The notes beneath the pieces were generated by a model. The model was not told where the DNA came from, searched no databases, and saw nothing but the letters and a program-made list of their open reading frames with translations. A DNA stretch of 64,000 nucleotides from Candidatus Bathyarchaeota archaeon (lineage in GTDB: Archaea; Thermoproteota; Bathyarchaeia; Bathyarchaeales; Bathycorpusculaceae): the NCBI GenBank assembly GCA_963707955.1, contig OY970176.1, positions 2,176,001-2,240,000 on the forward strand. Direction: 5' to 3'. Positions 49,257 through 58,755 of the stretch are shown one piece after another. The translations under genes were made by a program, and so were the position numbers. Position 1 is the stretch's first letter. Every line of letters starts with the position of its first letter.

Positions 49257-49639
49257 TCTTTCACCTCTTTGACCTTCTGTCTCTTGTGATAGTCCTCTAT
49301 GGCAGCGTGCAGCGCGTCAGCCGCGAGGTTTGAACAGTGCATCTTGATAGGGGGCAAGCCGCCGAGAGAGTCCGCGACGTCTGCGCGGGTGATTTTCATC
49401 CCCTCCTCTAACGTTTTCCCCTTGGCCAGCTCCGTGATCATGCTGCTCGTCGCGATCGCTGACCCGCAGCCGAAAGTTTTGAACTTGATGTCTTCGAGTC
49501 GATTGTCCTTGACCTTGATGTAGATGGTCATGAGGTCTCCGCAAACAGGGTTACCCACCGTGCCCACACCATCCGCATCCGGGATCTCGCCCATGTTCCG
49601 TGGGTTCCTGAAGTGCTCCATCACTTTCTCGGTGTACAT
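49253..49639 (-). CDS. iscU: Fe-S cluster scaffold IscU/NifU
   Basis: MYTEKVMEHFRNPRN..GNPVCGD..FGCGSAIA..KMHCSNL. Confidence 0.95.
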   Translation of the reverse strand: MYTEKVMEHFRNPRNMGEIPDADGVGTVGNPVCGDLMTIYIKVKDNRLEDIKFKTFGCGSAIATSSMITELAKGKTLEEGMKITRADVADSLGGLPPIKMHCSNLAADALHAAIEDYHKRQKVKEVKE

Positions 49640-50824
49640 CAAGCGTTCAGACTCCTTCGGAGTTAACGGCGATATCGCTCTTAACCTTTTTACTATGCTA
49701 GGCATCAAGCCTATCACGTAATCAACCTGTTCCTCAGTGTTCTCCTTCCCCAGAGTGAACATCAGGGAACCGTGAGCCTCCTCATGCTTAAGTCCAATTG
49801 CTAACAACACGTGCGAGGGTTCCAAGGTCTTTGCTGTGCAGGCTGAACCTGACGACGCATAAACGCCCATCAAGTCAAGGCTCAGCAGCATCGATTCACC
49901 CTCTATGAAACTGTACCTAACAGAAACATTGTCAGGCAGTCGTTCGGTCGGATGCCCATTCAAGAATGAATATGGAATTGGCTTCAACAAACCCTCAATG
50001 AATCTGTCTCTCAACCTCGTCAGCTGGACGCTATTACTCTGCATTTCCATCTTGGCTATTTCAGCAGCTTTTCCGAAACCAACTATGCCAGGCAGGTTTT
50101 CTGTTCCTGACCTTAACCCGCGTTCCTGTCCGCCGCCATGTAACAATGGTTCCAATCGGACTCCTTCCTTGATGTACAGGGCACCGACACCCTTAGGGCC
50201 ATACATGTCGTTGGAAGAAATCGTGAGCAGGTCTACGTTCTCGGTTTTCACGTCTATCGGAACCTGCCCACAAGCGGCTGTGGCATCTACGTGGAGGTAA
50301 GCGTTCTTGCCGTGCACAATCTTGCTGATTTCCTTAATGTGTTCAACTGTTCCTATTTCGCCGTTTGCGTACACGATAGAAACGAGGGTTGTCTTATCGG
50401 TCAACACCTTTTCTAGGTTCTCGAGAATCACAAAACCGTACTTGTCAACTGGGACGAAGACGGGTTCGAATCCTCTTGTGGTCAAGAACTTGAACGAGTT
50501 GACCACTGACATGTGCTCAATCGCTGACGTTATTATTCGTGTTCCATGGTCCTTGTTCCGATTTGCAACTCCTTTTATAGCCATGTTGTTGCTCTCAGTG
50601 GCTCCTGAAGTGAAAATTATAGACTCCCTTTTTTCAGCGTTAATCAATTCAGCAACTTTTGCCCTTGCGCCTTCAAGCGCACGCTTAGCTTCTTGGCCGA
50701 ACACGTGCAAGGATGAAGCGTTGCCGAAAGACGATTCCATATAAGGAAGCATGGCCTCTGTGACCCGAGGGTCTACAGGTTTTCCAGCCATATGGTCCAT
50801 GTAAACTCGCTGCGTCGTCGACAT
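49639..50824 (-). CDS. iscS: Cysteine desulfurase IscS/NifS (apparent fusion to iscU caused by one extra base at 49651)
   Basis: FTSGATESNN, GPKGVG, RSGTEN, SSGSACT; removing base 49651 gives ..PKELNA* with TGATG overlap on the iscU start. Confidence 0.92.
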
Positions 50825-50857
50825 GCATCATTCACTTGACACGAGTTTAGTTGCTTC

Positions 50858-51094
50858 TTACTTAACCTTTCTAATCACTATTTGAACTTCGTTTCCTTTC
50901 TTGGTCACGCTTACAAGTTCTTGCTCCAAGTTTTTCACGAGGCTCCTAATGTCTGACTCTGCGGCCGGGTCATCTGCCAAGACCTCCAGCGTCTCGCCGA
51001 CCTTCAACTCATCCAGTTCCATTCTCGTCTTGAAAACAGGTTCAGGACAGTATAAACCTAAGCAATCCAACGTTCTGCCAGCCTTTTCTTTCAT
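50858..51094 (-). CDS. tusA: TusA/SirA sulfur carrier
   Basis: LDCLGLYCPEP..LEVLADDP. Confidence 0.9.
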   Translation of the reverse strand: MKEKAGRTLDCLGLYCPEPVFKTRMELDELKVGETLEVLADDPAAESDIRSLVKNLEQELVSVTKKGNEVQIVIRKVK

Positions 51095-51216
51095 GACATC
51101 CTCTCATGCACTACAGCTTAAAGAGAAAAGTAAAAAGCCTTTCGTACAACCATCAGTGTTCAACGTGGCCTTGGTCGCGAAAAGAAATGCAAGGAGTGTT
51201 TGCTGTTGTTCCTTGT

Positions 51217-51528
51217 TCACTGAGCTATTTTTATCGCTTGAGTAGGGCATTGAGTTTCGCATGCCATGCATTTTATGCAGTCTTGTTCTCTCGTAGGATC
51301 AGACTTCTTTTCAGAAACAGGGTGTCCAGGCGCGTCCCCCCAATCGAACACTGTCACGGGGCAGACTTCCAAGCAGACGCCGTCTCCAGTGCAAACGTCC
51401 CAATCAACTGCAACAGTTGTTCCATGAACACCGAGCTTCTTGGGAGGTTCAACAGGCCCCCAAACGTTGTGACCCTGATGTTGACTGACGACCTTGCGTT
51501 TCTTCTGAAAATCTGGGTCTATCGGCAA
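51217..51528 (-). CDS. zfx: Zinc-containing-type dicluster ferredoxin
   Basis: PIDPDF..HQGH.VWGPVEPPKKLGVHGT N-terminal Zn extension as in Sulfolobus/Thermoplasma Zfx; C.GDG.C..CP, CIKCMACETQCP. Confidence 0.85.
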   Translation of the reverse strand: MPIDPDFQKKRKVVSQHQGHNVWGPVEPPKKLGVHGTTVAVDWDVCTGDGVCLEVCPVTVFDWGDAPGHPVSEKKSDPTREQDCIKCMACETQCPTQAIKIAQ

Positions 51529-51667
51529 GACTTTTTCACCTATGAACACGATAGGCGGTGGAAATATAACCCTTTTGCTGCCATCAGGTGAGCAGTTGGC
51601 TTTGGCTCAAGAGCGAAAGATTTAAGATTTGCAGGAAAGCAAGTGTTGTAACAAAGGAGAAACATAC

Positions 51668-52282
51668 ATGGAACAAGACAAGTTTTACACTTTGCCAAAA
51701 CTGCCTTACGATTACGCGGACCTTGAACCGCACATGTCCAAGGAACAGTTAACGATACACCACGACAAGCATCATCAAGCATACGTTAACGGCGCAAACG
51801 CGATACTTCAGAAGCTTGATAAGGCGAGGAAAGAGAACGTCGACTTGGACGTCAAGTCCACTCTGAAAGAGTTATCATGGAACATAGGGGGACACCTGTT
51901 GCATTCCGTGTTCTGGGGCAACCTAGCGCCACCGAGCAGGGCAGGAGGAAAACCGAGCGGCAAATTAGGCGATTGGTTGGAGAGAGAGTTCGGAAGTTTC
52001 GACCGGTTCAAGAAGGAGTTCACGCAGACGGCGACCAGTGTGGAAGGCTCCGGATGGGCGGCTCTTTCAAGGTGCACACAGACTAGCAGGCCGCTAATCA
52101 TGCAGATAGAGAAACACAACACCAACGTTTATCCCACGTACAAAGTCCTCATGGTTCTCGACGTGTTCGAGCACGCATACTACATCGACTACAAGAACGA
52201 CAGAGCCAAGTTTGTAGAGGCATTCTGGAACCTCGTCAACTGGAACGAAGTGAACAAGAGATTCGAAGCAGCTCTGAAGTGA
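51668..52282 (+). CDS. sod: Fe/Mn superoxide dismutase
   Basis: LPYDY..LEP..HHDKHHQAYV, GGHLLHS.FW, GSGW, DVFEHAYY. Confidence 0.97.
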   Translation: MEQDKFYTLPKLPYDYADLEPHMSKEQLTIHHDKHHQAYVNGANAILQKLDKARKENVDLDVKSTLKELSWNIGGHLLHSVFWGNLAPPSRAGGKPSGKLGDWLEREFGSFDRFKKEFTQTATSVEGSGWAALSRCTQTSRPLIMQIEKHNTNVYPTYKVLMVLDVFEHAYYIDYKNDRAKFVEAFWNLVNWNEVNKRFEAALK

Positions 52283-52371
52283 AACGACCGTTACGCTTTC
52301 GCTGTTTCGGTAAGAACAGTGAGCCCGATGGTTCAATCGTGGAACGGAGACCGAACCGTCAAAAATATTAG

Positions 52372-52494
52372 TTGAAACCGAATGGATATACCATAAAAGC
52401 GCGCGCGCAATTAGGCGTGTTATTTGGTTTCATTTTGGCGTACATGGCTGCTGTTCTTGTGCTTTTCTACATCCTGGGGCGTTACGGAGGCTGA
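52372..52494 (+). CDS. Possible 40-aa single-TM protein
   Basis: MKPNGYTIKARAQLGVLFGFILAYMAAVLVLFYILGRYGG (TTG start). Confidence 0.35.
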   Translation: MKPNGYTIKARAQLGVLFGFILAYMAAVLVLFYILGRYGG

Positions 52495-52676
52495 TCGCGC
52501 CTCCAGGCTCTTGGCACGGAAACAATTGTTCTGAAATCGTTTGCTAAAATGGTGGTCCGCTCTGTCAATTTCATTTTTTCAGAATGCGTTCTACCGCTGG
52601 AATATTCTGGTTGCAGCGAAATGCAGCGCTGGCGTGCGAAGCGTTAGTTAGTTTATATCTGCTCGCCACTCAAGGC

Positions 52677-53609
52677 TCATTTTACGATGAGGACTGAATG
52701 CATCGTGTAATGTAAAACATGGTTGCTTACACCATTGCCCCCCATGACTATGATATCAAAGTTTTCTTTCAGGGCGATCTCCGAGATTTTTCTAGCAGGG
52801 TCTCCGGACTCCAGTTTCTGTTCAAAACTCGTTCCCTTGAGCTTTTCTGCAGCATCAGCAAGAATGCCTTTGCCGATAGCCTTGGACACTTCAGGCCGCA
52901 AACCAAATAGATGCGATTCTTGGACGTGAAGCAATGTCAGTGCAGCATTGAGTTTATTACATAGTGCAGCAGCATACGTGAGCGCGTTCTCCGAACCCTC
53001 CGAGCCGTCAACCGGAACGAGTACCTTTGAAATTGAAACTGCCGCTTTTTCTCCGGCTACTAGGACAGGTATGTCCGACTGGCGCGATACCTTGTAAGCC
53101 ACGCTTCCTAGGTGGGTCTCCTTTTCTTTTTGCGCGTTCCGTCCCATGACTATCAAGTCATATTTTTTTCCGTCAGCTTCTTCCATCACGGCTTCGGCCA
53201 CGCTCTTATGCTCCACAACCTTCTGGTCGACATGCACGCCCTCCTCTTTGAACGTCAGCGCTGCGTCAGCAACGATATCTTCTCCCTGTTGGCGGTAAAT
53301 ACTGGTAAGCTCATCTTCTATTCTTTCCGAATAATGTGCACCAGCAGATGTCGGAGTCTCCCTATCAAAAGACATCTCTCCCCCAACGGCAACTCCAGGC
53401 TCAGCATCAGGTGACTCTGCGACGGTGCGACCTTCAATCAAGAAGTCTTTAAAGTGAGACCTCATCAGTTCATGAGTTACGACGTGAAAGACAGTTACTT
53501 CTGACTCCAGCTTCTTGGCGAGCAGAATCGCCAATTCCTGAGCAGAGAGCCCTGGATCCGAGCCGTCTGTTAGAAAGAGCATTTTCTTGAAAACATGTTC
53601 ACTTTCCAT
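52677..53609 (-). CDS. Tandem universal stress protein
   Basis: TDGS, DLIVMG..LGSV, VPVDGS, GDPA..DIIVMG. Confidence 0.9.
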   Translation of the reverse strand: MESEHVFKKMLFLTDGSDPGLSAQELAILLAKKLESEVTVFHVVTHELMRSHFKDFLIEGRTVAESPDAEPGVAVGGEMSFDRETPTSAGAHYSERIEDELTSIYRQQGEDIVADAALTFKEEGVHVDQKVVEHKSVAEAVMEEADGKKYDLIVMGRNAQKEKETHLGSVAYKVSRQSDIPVLVAGEKAAVSISKVLVPVDGSEGSENALTYAAALCNKLNAALTLLHVQESHLFGLRPEVSKAIGKGILADAAEKLKGTSFEQKLESGDPARKISEIALKENFDIIVMGGNGVSNHVLHYTMHSVLIVK

Positions 53610-53806
53610 AGGCCTTCAACCTGCGTTTCTTCTTAGTGTTCAACGCTTTATAAAGTCTTTTCGGAAACGCTGGTCTTTCACCGGTTGCAACGAACACTGT
53701 GCATCCTTTCTTTGGCGCTGTCACTCGCCGTTTGGACTCGGAGAAACCTTAAGAATGCTTGTGCACCATCACACTGATAGTTTTCACATGTGGTCTGAGG
53801 GTTTTT

Positions 53807-55180
53807 GTGGAAAAGTTTGACGTTCTCGTAATCGGTGCAGGCTCTGGGATGATAGTAGCCGCGAACGCCGTTGCCAACGGTCTGAAAACAGCGTTGGTTG
53901 AGTCTGGACCGATCGGGGGAACATGTGTAAACCGTGGGTGCGTGCCTTCGAAGATGCTGATTTACCCTGCAGATGTTGCGAGCGCGATTTATGAAGCCGA
54001 AAAACTGGGAATAAAAGCGACGATCGACACCATAGACTTTGACAGAATCATGAAGAGAACGCACAAGCTTGTTGCAGAAGATGTTGAACGACAGACAAGA
54101 GCCGTAGACGAAGATCCTAGGATCAGGTGGTTCAAAGGCAAGGGCGAGTTTGTTTCAGATTACACGCTGAAAACGGGAGAAGACGTGGTGAAAGCAGACA
54201 AGGTATTCATCGTTTCAGGGGCCAGGCCGGATGTTCCTGCGCTTAAGGGAATAGAGAATGTGAGTTTTTTGACAAGCGATACGGTGCTGAGCCTTGAGGC
54301 GCTGCCCAGGAGCATGGTTGTCATCGGAGGAGGGTACGTCGCTGCAGAGTATGGGCACTTCTTCTCCAGCTTAGGAAGCAAGGTGACGATGATTCAGAGA
54401 AACTCGAGAATCTTGCCTGACGAAGAACCGGAGATCTCTCAGCTATTAACAGAAGAGATGGGAAAAAGGATGGAGATTTTCACGAACTACGAGGCCGTTG
54501 AAGTTATGGAAAAAGGCAGCACTAAGGCAGTGGTAGCTAGAAGCCGAGTAAGTGGGCAGGTCAAGGAATTTTCTGGAGACGCTATTCTGATAGCCGCTGG
54601 ACGAGTTCCCAACTCGGACGTCCTCAAGCCAGAAAGAACAGGAGTCGAACTGGACAAGATGGGATTTGTGAGAGTAAACGAGTTTCTTGAAACCCGCAAG
54701 AAGAACATATTTGCGTTCGGCGACGCTATCGGCAAGCAAATGTTCAAGCACGTTGCAAACTATGAAGCCCAAGTTGCTTGGCACAACTCCGGGCATGATC
54801 ACAGGGTGAAGGTCGATTACAGCGCAGCGCCTCACGCGGTTTTCACGTACCCACAAGTCGCTTCAGTAGGCATGAAGGAAGCTGAGGCTTCGCAGTCAGG
54901 CTACAAGATTTTGGTTGGAAGAGCCTTTTACAAAGACACAGCACAGGGAGCTGCAATGGCTGAAACGGGAGGTTTCGTAAAAGTCATCGTTGAACAGGAA
55001 ACTGGAAGAATCCTCGGCGCACACATAATCGGTCCCTTTGCTTCTATGCTGATTCAGGAAATCATCAACGCGATGGCTTCAGGAGACGGGACTTTCGTTC
55101 CGATCTTTAGAGGATTACACATTCATCCCTCAATGACTGAAGTCGTTCAAAACGCGTTCAGCACCCTGAAACAGCCCTAG
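53807..55180 (+). CDS. Pyridine nucleotide-disulfide oxidoreductase (dihydrolipoamide dehydrogenase/mycothione reductase-like)
   Basis: GAGSG, GGTCVNRGCVPSK, GGGY, HIHPS. Confidence 0.92.
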   Translation: MEKFDVLVIGAGSGMIVAANAVANGLKTALVESGPIGGTCVNRGCVPSKMLIYPADVASAIYEAEKLGIKATIDTIDFDRIMKRTHKLVAEDVERQTRAVDEDPRIRWFKGKGEFVSDYTLKTGEDVVKADKVFIVSGARPDVPALKGIENVSFLTSDTVLSLEALPRSMVVIGGGYVAAEYGHFFSSLGSKVTMIQRNSRILPDEEPEISQLLTEEMGKRMEIFTNYEAVEVMEKGSTKAVVARSRVSGQVKEFSGDAILIAAGRVPNSDVLKPERTGVELDKMGFVRVNEFLETRKKNIFAFGDAIGKQMFKHVANYEAQVAWHNSGHDHRVKVDYSAAPHAVFTYPQVASVGMKEAEASQSGYKILVGRAFYKDTAQGAAMAETGGFVKVIVEQETGRILGAHIIGPFASMLIQEIINAMASGDGTFVPIFRGLHIHPSMTEVVQNAFSTLKQP

Positions 55181-55338
55181 CAAGAATGCTATGGTTTCGA
55201 GGCAGAAAAGACTGTCAACGTCTGCGATTGCAATCGTTTTCTGAAAACAAGCTTCCAAGAATCTTGTATGAGTCGACGATGCTTCGTTCAAGGAAGCTAA
55301 ATTTTTATATCTAGGGCAATGATAACGCTCAATGCAAA

Positions 55339-55638
55339 ATGGTAAGTGATAGCGTGAACAAGGTCAAGGTTGCAGGCAAGAACAACAAGCACAAGGTGTT
55401 GATGTACGCGATAAGTACGTGTGCTTGGTGTAAGATGACGAAGAAATTCCTGAATGAAAACGATGTGGAGTACGAGTACGTTGACGTTGACTTGGCCAGT
55501 GACGAGGATCACGAGAAGATCAGAGAAGACATCATCAGCAAAGGAGGAGAACCTAGCTATCCGACGCTGATCATTGATAACGAAACTGTGATCACTGGTT
55601 TTCGCAAAGACAAGATTGAAGAGGCGTTAGAGCTTTGA
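55339..55638 (+). CDS. Glutaredoxin/NrdH-like redoxin
   Basis: STCAWC, SYPT, ITGF. Confidence 0.9.
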   Translation: MVSDSVNKVKVAGKNNKHKVLMYAISTCAWCKMTKKFLNENDVEYEYVDVDLASDEDHEKIREDIISKGGEPSYPTLIIDNETVITGFRKDKIEEALEL

Positions 55639-56189
55639 TAACCGTTGAACAAGTGCGGCAGAGAGCCGAGGCTGACGCCAAGACAAACGGTTACTATCTA
55701 AACCCTGCCCCGGAGTTTCTCAAAGATCTGCTGGAAGGGTTGAAGCGAAACGAGGAGAGATACGGATACCCATCGTGTCCTTGCAGACTTGCCTCAGGAA
55801 AGTTCGAGTTGGACAGAGACATATTTTGTCCATGCGACTATCGAGACCCCGACGTTGCAGAACACGGATGCTGCTACTGCGCCCTGTACGTCCGAAAGGA
55901 CTTGTACGAAGGCAAGACCCCTATCCTTCCGATTCCAGAACGCAGACCCGCGGACAAGCAGGCCAGAGCCTATGCTGCAACTGCAACTGGAGAGGCAACT
56001 GCGGGAACGGCGGCTGAAAAGACGCCAGTCGTGAAGGCTGAGGGACAGTCTGTTGAGGTGAAGAAGAAACTATGGTATTGCAGGCAGTGTGGTTACGTGG
56101 TGTTTCGCGAAGACCCGCCCTACGTTTGCCCGATATGCAAGGCCAAGAGAGAGATGTTTGCAAGAATAGAGATCAGCCCAAGCGGGTAA
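55635..56189 (+). CDS. Ferredoxin:thioredoxin reductase catalytic domain + C-terminal rubredoxin
   Basis: CPC, CPC, CYC motifs; C-terminal CRQCG..CPIC. Confidence 0.9.
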   Translation: MITVEQVRQRAEADAKTNGYYLNPAPEFLKDLLEGLKRNEERYGYPSCPCRLASGKFELDRDIFCPCDYRDPDVAEHGCCYCALYVRKDLYEGKTPILPIPERRPADKQARAYAATATGEATAGTAAEKTPVVKAEGQSVEVKKKLWYCRQCGYVVFREDPPYVCPICKAKREMFARIEISPSG

Positions 56190-56210
56190 GACGAAAGCAG
56201 AGATCACCGT

Positions 56211-56360
56211 TCACTTTGTGACTGTTATTTCGATTCTCTTCCAGGTTTTGTTTATCCCCCGCAGGGACGTAACTGCGCCTACAACGGTTCCGCCGAGAAT
56301 CTTGCTGACGAATTCGTTCAGGGCGATCTCTTCACCGTCAACCGAGAGCTTGGTTTCCAG
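56211..56360 (-). CDS. 49-aa protein resembling MobB C-terminal extension; apparent CTG start
   Basis: ETKLSVDGEEIALNEFVSKILGGTVVGAVTSLRGI..IEITV; AGGAGGTGA 6 nt upstream. Confidence 0.6.
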   Translation of the reverse strand: METKLSVDGEEIALNEFVSKILGGTVVGAVTSLRGINKTWKRIEITVTK

Positions 56361-56453
56361 AGGCCATCACCTCCTAGCTAGGTTAGTGAGTTAAGTGTAA
56401 AAGTTTTCTGTAAACCTTTTAGGCAGGGCAGACCACTGAAAATTGGCAAGAAG

Positions 56454-57119
56454 ATGAAGGATAAGACGAGGTTTACGGAGAAGGAAAACAGACGCAGAGT
56501 GTTGAGGATAATCGGCCTTCTTGAGAAGGAGTTTCCCGACGCCAAGATAGCTCTGAACTACACTGGCCCTCTTGAGCTTCTCGTCGCGACGATTCTTTCC
56601 GCGCAGTGCACCGATGAAAGAGTTAACATTGTCACAGAGTCGCTTTTCAAGAAGTACAGGAAAGCAGAGGACTATGCAAAAGCCGACTTAGCTGAACTTG
56701 AAAGGGAGATAAGGTCGACGGGCTTCTACAGGAACAAGGCGAGAAACATCAAGAACGCTGGGGAAATGCTGGTTCAAAAGTTCAACTCTCACGTTCCTGA
56801 GACAATGGAGGAGATTCTTGAGTTGCCCGGTGTTGCTCGGAAAACGGCTAACATAGTTCTTCAGAACGCGTACGGCGTTGTTGAAGGAATAGCCGTGGAC
56901 ACTCACGTGCGAAGAGTTGCAGCAAGACTTGGACTTACGGGCAATGAGGACCCGGAGAAGATAGAACAGGACTTGATGACCATTGTGCCGAGGGAGAAGT
57001 GGATGAGGATAACGGACCTGCTTATCTTTCTTGGGAGAAGAGTCTGCACTGCGAAGAAGCCCACGTGTGAACTGTGCGTTTTAAACAAGCTGTGTCCGTC
57101 TGCCTTCACCTTCGCTTGA
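56454..57119 (+). CDS. nth: Endonuclease III
   Basis: LVATILSAQCTD, LPGVARKTAN, VDTHV, C-x6-CxxC-x5-C. Confidence 0.97.
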   Translation: MKDKTRFTEKENRRRVLRIIGLLEKEFPDAKIALNYTGPLELLVATILSAQCTDERVNIVTESLFKKYRKAEDYAKADLAELEREIRSTGFYRNKARNIKNAGEMLVQKFNSHVPETMEEILELPGVARKTANIVLQNAYGVVEGIAVDTHVRRVAARLGLTGNEDPEKIEQDLMTIVPREKWMRITDLLIFLGRRVCTAKKPTCELCVLNKLCPSAFTFA

Positions 57120-57197
57120 AGGGTTTAGCGTCGATTTATAAGGTGCAGCGCCACGATATCTTGTCAGAGTGACAGATGGTTTACGAGAAGTGGAGGG

Positions 57198-58160
57198 TTG
57201 AGGTTGGTAACTCAGCATGTTGATGGTCCGAAAATCGTGGTTGTAGGCGCGGGTTTCGTGGGGTCAACGTTTGCCTACTCGCTGTTGATTCGAGGGTTGG
57301 CTTCTCAGATCGCGATTATAGACGTTGACAGGGACCGAGCTGAGGGGGAGGTTATGGACCTGAACCACGGTCTACCCTTCGCGTACCCGACTAGGATTTG
57401 GGCAGGCGATTATTCTGACTGTGAGGGCGCCGACATCGTGGTCATCGCAGTGGACAAGGGACAGAAGATTGAGCAGTCACGGTTGGAGCTGGCCGACGGC
57501 AACTTTCAGGTTATGAAGCAGATAGTTCCAAGCATTACGAGGTACAACAAGGAGTGCATCCTGCTCGTGGTGACCAACCCGCTGGACGTTATGACTTACG
57601 CGGCTCTCAAACTGTCGGGGCTGTCGAAGAACAGGGTGATCGGGTCTGGAACGATCTTGGACACGGCGCGGTTTCGCTACCTGCTCGGCGAGTACCTTCA
57701 AGTCGACTCTAGGAACGTGCACGCTTACATCATCGGCGAACACGGGGATAGCGAGGTGCCTGTGTGGAGCTTGGCAAACGTTGCGGGAATCAGGCTGAAA
57801 GACTATTGCCCGATATGCAGGGTTCCGTACAACATGGAAGATTTCAACAGCCTTTTCCTAAAAGTGAGAAGCGCTGGAGTCGAAATCATAAGGCGGAAGG
57901 GCAGAACGTTCTACGCGGTCGCTCTGGGAATGACGAAGATCGTGGAGAGCATACTTCGAAACGAGAACGCCGTCGTGACAGTGTCCTGTCTGCTGGAGGG
58001 CTATCACGGTGTCAGCGACGTCTGCCTAAGCGTCCCAGTGGTTCTCGGCCGAGAAGGTGTGAAGGAAGTCATAGAACTCCCCTTAGACGAGAAGGAGACG
58101 ACAGAATTCCAAGAATCCGCAGCGATCGTTAAGAACGTTGTGAATTCCCTAGGACTCTAA
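57198..58160 (+). CDS. ldh: L-lactate dehydrogenase family
   Basis: GAGFVG, NPLD, GSGTILDTARFR, IIGEHGDS; Gln at the specificity position (GQK). Confidence 0.88.
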   Translation: MRLVTQHVDGPKIVVVGAGFVGSTFAYSLLIRGLASQIAIIDVDRDRAEGEVMDLNHGLPFAYPTRIWAGDYSDCEGADIVVIAVDKGQKIEQSRLELADGNFQVMKQIVPSITRYNKECILLVVTNPLDVMTYAALKLSGLSKNRVIGSGTILDTARFRYLLGEYLQVDSRNVHAYIIGEHGDSEVPVWSLANVAGIRLKDYCPICRVPYNMEDFNSLFLKVRSAGVEIIRRKGRTFYAVALGMTKIVESILRNENAVVTVSCLLEGYHGVSDVCLSVPVVLGREGVKEVIELPLDEKETTEFQESAAIVKNVVNSLGL

Positions 58161-58282
58161 GGCACTGAAAGCGCAGGCGTTAACTTTCGCTGTTTCGCGT
58201 TTTCACTCGCGCGGTTTGTCAGAAATCTGAAAACTTCAGGAACTAGTTTTGCCAAGGAGCTGTGCGGACTTGCTTGACTACG

Positions 58283-58519
58283 CTATGTTCCACTGAGTCT
58301 CATTTGCCTCTCTGCCTTTCGCATGAAATCCTCAATCATCGGCTGCATAGATTTAGGGTATCGGGCGATGCACGCGTGCCCTTCGCTTGGCTCTAAGAAA
58401 CATTCCAGTAGCTTCTTTTGCAGAATTTCCTGTTGAACTTGTCTTTCGACTTTCCAGCCGAGCTTCATACTGTCGACGGTTTCAGCGTTGAGCAGTGTAG
58501 CCTTTTTCCGTTTCTTCAT
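58283..58519 (-). CDS. Small hypothetical protein
   Basis: Clean 78-aa ORF with GAGG upstream. Confidence 0.5.
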   Translation of the reverse strand: MKKRKKATLLNAETVDSMKLGWKVERQVQQEILQKKLLECFLEPSEGHACIARYPKSMQPMIEDFMRKAERQMRLSGT

Positions 58520-58755
58520 GCCCTCAACACCTCTGTCATCATAGTCTTATATCGCGAATCTCAAGATAACATTTCTTTCAAATCCCGATACGTATCGAAA
58601 AACGGAATATTCTGCTCTCCAACAGCTCAAAACCAGCCCAACGCTGGAGTCGTTCGAGTGACCACATCTTTTTCTGATTCCTCATGGGTGGTGACCACTT
58701 TTTTCCACAACGCTATTGAGCACTGACCACAGTTTGATTTCATCGGTGGAGCAGA

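Noticed and set aside
49253-50824. Novel IscS-IscU fusion protein (523 aa in ORF track)
   Set aside because: Deleting one base at the AG[T]CT site (49651) gives a normal IscS end with TGATG overlap onto iscU; the same error context occurs at three other genes
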